A stretch of DNA of 64,000 nt. Source: Ostrea edulis (taxonomy: Eukaryota). The stretch covers positions 26,474,001-26,538,000 of the forward strand of contig NC_079167.1 of NCBI RefSeq assembly GCF_947568905.1, in the 5' to 3' direction. The notes beneath the pieces are model-generated. The model saw only the letters and a program-made list of their open reading frames with translations, was not told where the DNA came from and searched no databases. The position numbers and the translations under genes were made by a program. Within the stretch, counting starts at the first letter, position 1; each line of letters opens with the position of its first letter. Positions 62,301 through 64,000 of the stretch are shown here, piece by piece.

Positions 62301-63600
62301 TTTGAATGATAGGTTAAGTAGAGTCATGCTTACCGGCGAGCTATGTTGTCTTCTGACGACTCTTGTTGATATCTGTTGTCCTCTACATGGAATGGAAGAC
62401 AAATTGAAGGAAGTGTGTTAGCATACTCACATCAAAATGAAAAAAATTCAATATGATTGATGTTTTGGCGCTGTGATGTCATCCTGATTGTTTTGTCTAA
62501 AAACGTCTTTGAAATTTTAAAGTAAGCTGAAATAGTAACACAGTGGTTGTATATAATGAAAATGTTATCACTGGCTGTGGCATAATCACACTCTGTATAC
62601 TGAAAGGTGAGAGCTTTACCAGCTAAGCTATTTAGCCCTACAAGCAATAGTGCAATCTTTTTTCACCAAATTGCCCAATAAAACTATAGAATAAAGTTGG
62701 GTTTTCTTTTTTGCTATTTAATTTGTATTTCAAAAACTGCAAAATAAAGCATTTTCTGTACTTTGAAATGAAATTCATAACAGTCATATATAAAAATGTA
62801 AACAGGTGCATTTCTGAAGGTTTGTTAAAGCTGTATGCAATTGCAGGGTTTTTTAAAGGTCTTGATTTCAAGGGCCTGGGCCTTCCCAATTGGTGAAAAT
62901 AGCGACATTTGCTTGAAATTTGGAAAAAATATTCCATACAAAGAAGTAGGGAGAAAAGCAAACCAGAGCATCAAAGTATGATTGGACTCCTTCTGACTTG
63001 CAGTTTGATCAAAGCTGACCTCATTCAAATAATCAGAGGCCAAAAAATTAGGTTTACTTAACAATTTTGAAGCAAAAGTTGTAATATGTGGGCCTGTGAA
63101 GAAGATTTTTGAACAAAAAAGCTACCCTGCTTTGATTTGTTTTCATTGTTTGGGAATTTAAAAGCAATAATTAGGGAAAATGCCTACCTTTTAGCATTGG
63201 AAATGGGGCCTTATTTCACCCTCCTACAGGCCCTAAAAAAATCCCTGAATTGTTGTATACAAATTAAACTCTGCTAAATATAACCCATAATATTTTGACC
63301 CTTGCATTTGTAATAAATTTGATAGTTTATTGGATATACTGCAGTTTTCACCAAATCAACATGTACACATATAGATTAACTACAATCAAAAAATCACATA
63401 TAGATTAACTGCAATGATAAAATCACGATTGGAATACTTTGAAAACAGGTATTGACATAATGTGTGTCTGAGATTCTGTGTGTTGTGTTGATCACCTGTA
63501 TTTAAAAAAACCCAACTTATTTAATTCATGCTGTATTCCTTCAGTGTCAAAAGAATATGTCAGCTTTTGTTACCATGGAGTAAAGCAAAGAGCCTGAGAC

Positions 63601-63719
63601 ATGTCTACCATGACAACCATGGATGCCCGGCCAAAGATGCATAACATCAGGGACCGTCCTGCTTATAAACATCCTCAGCATACACAGAAGGCATTTGATG
63701 TTCTTAACCACATGAGAAG
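63601..63719 (+). CDS. First coding exon of a Kelch-like BTB protein (KLHL2/KLHL3/Drosophila kelch-like); gene continues beyond the window
   Basis: MSTMTTMDARPKMHNIRDRPAYKHPQHTQKAFDVLNHMR then ag|GTAGAC donor; resembles the pre-BTB segment of KLHL2/3 (HMxKAFKVMNELR). Upstream acceptor ttccttcAG at 63543-63544. Confidence 0.65.
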
Positions 63720-64000
63720 GTAGACAGTTCAATGCAGATTCAAAATTAGTTTTCCTTTAGATTTAATAAATATTTATTCTTATTTCTGCACATAAGTTGG
63801 GTAGATTTCTACTATATTTTATTTTCTGTGTATTTGTATATGTGTAGCTATTAGCAGTTGGGTAGAACCTGGTCGCTCCTGGTAAATAATTTTTGTTTTG
63901 ACTAGGTCCCGCCTACTTTTTCAGTTACTGTACATCATGAAATGGGTCTTTAATTGAAGTAGTTTCCTATATATGTATTTCTTCAGTTAGTATTTTAGAT

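Overview
AT-rich eukaryotic genomic DNA, most likely a bivalve (oyster-like; inferred from repeat families and gene style, not proven). The left half (428-31223) holds a tandem cluster of six paralogous spliced genes: A and B on the minus strand, C, D, E and F on the plus strand. The ORF track only shows their first exons. Each encodes a signal peptide, a very different low-complexity region in one large exon, and a shared 12-Cys module in small exons with identical intron phases (2, 1, 0). The second half of the module looks VWC/pacifastin-like. I recognise no named family; they look like secreted structural or adhesive matrix proteins. The right half holds a ~21 kb minus-strand gene (divergent tandem CH actin-binding domain, Ser/Arg-rich and coiled-coil body, two alternative ends) head-to-head with a Kelch-like BTB gene. 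Many non-autonomous transposons, SINEs and Penelope remnants are present. All gene models were assembled by hand from GT-AG sites and frame continuity.
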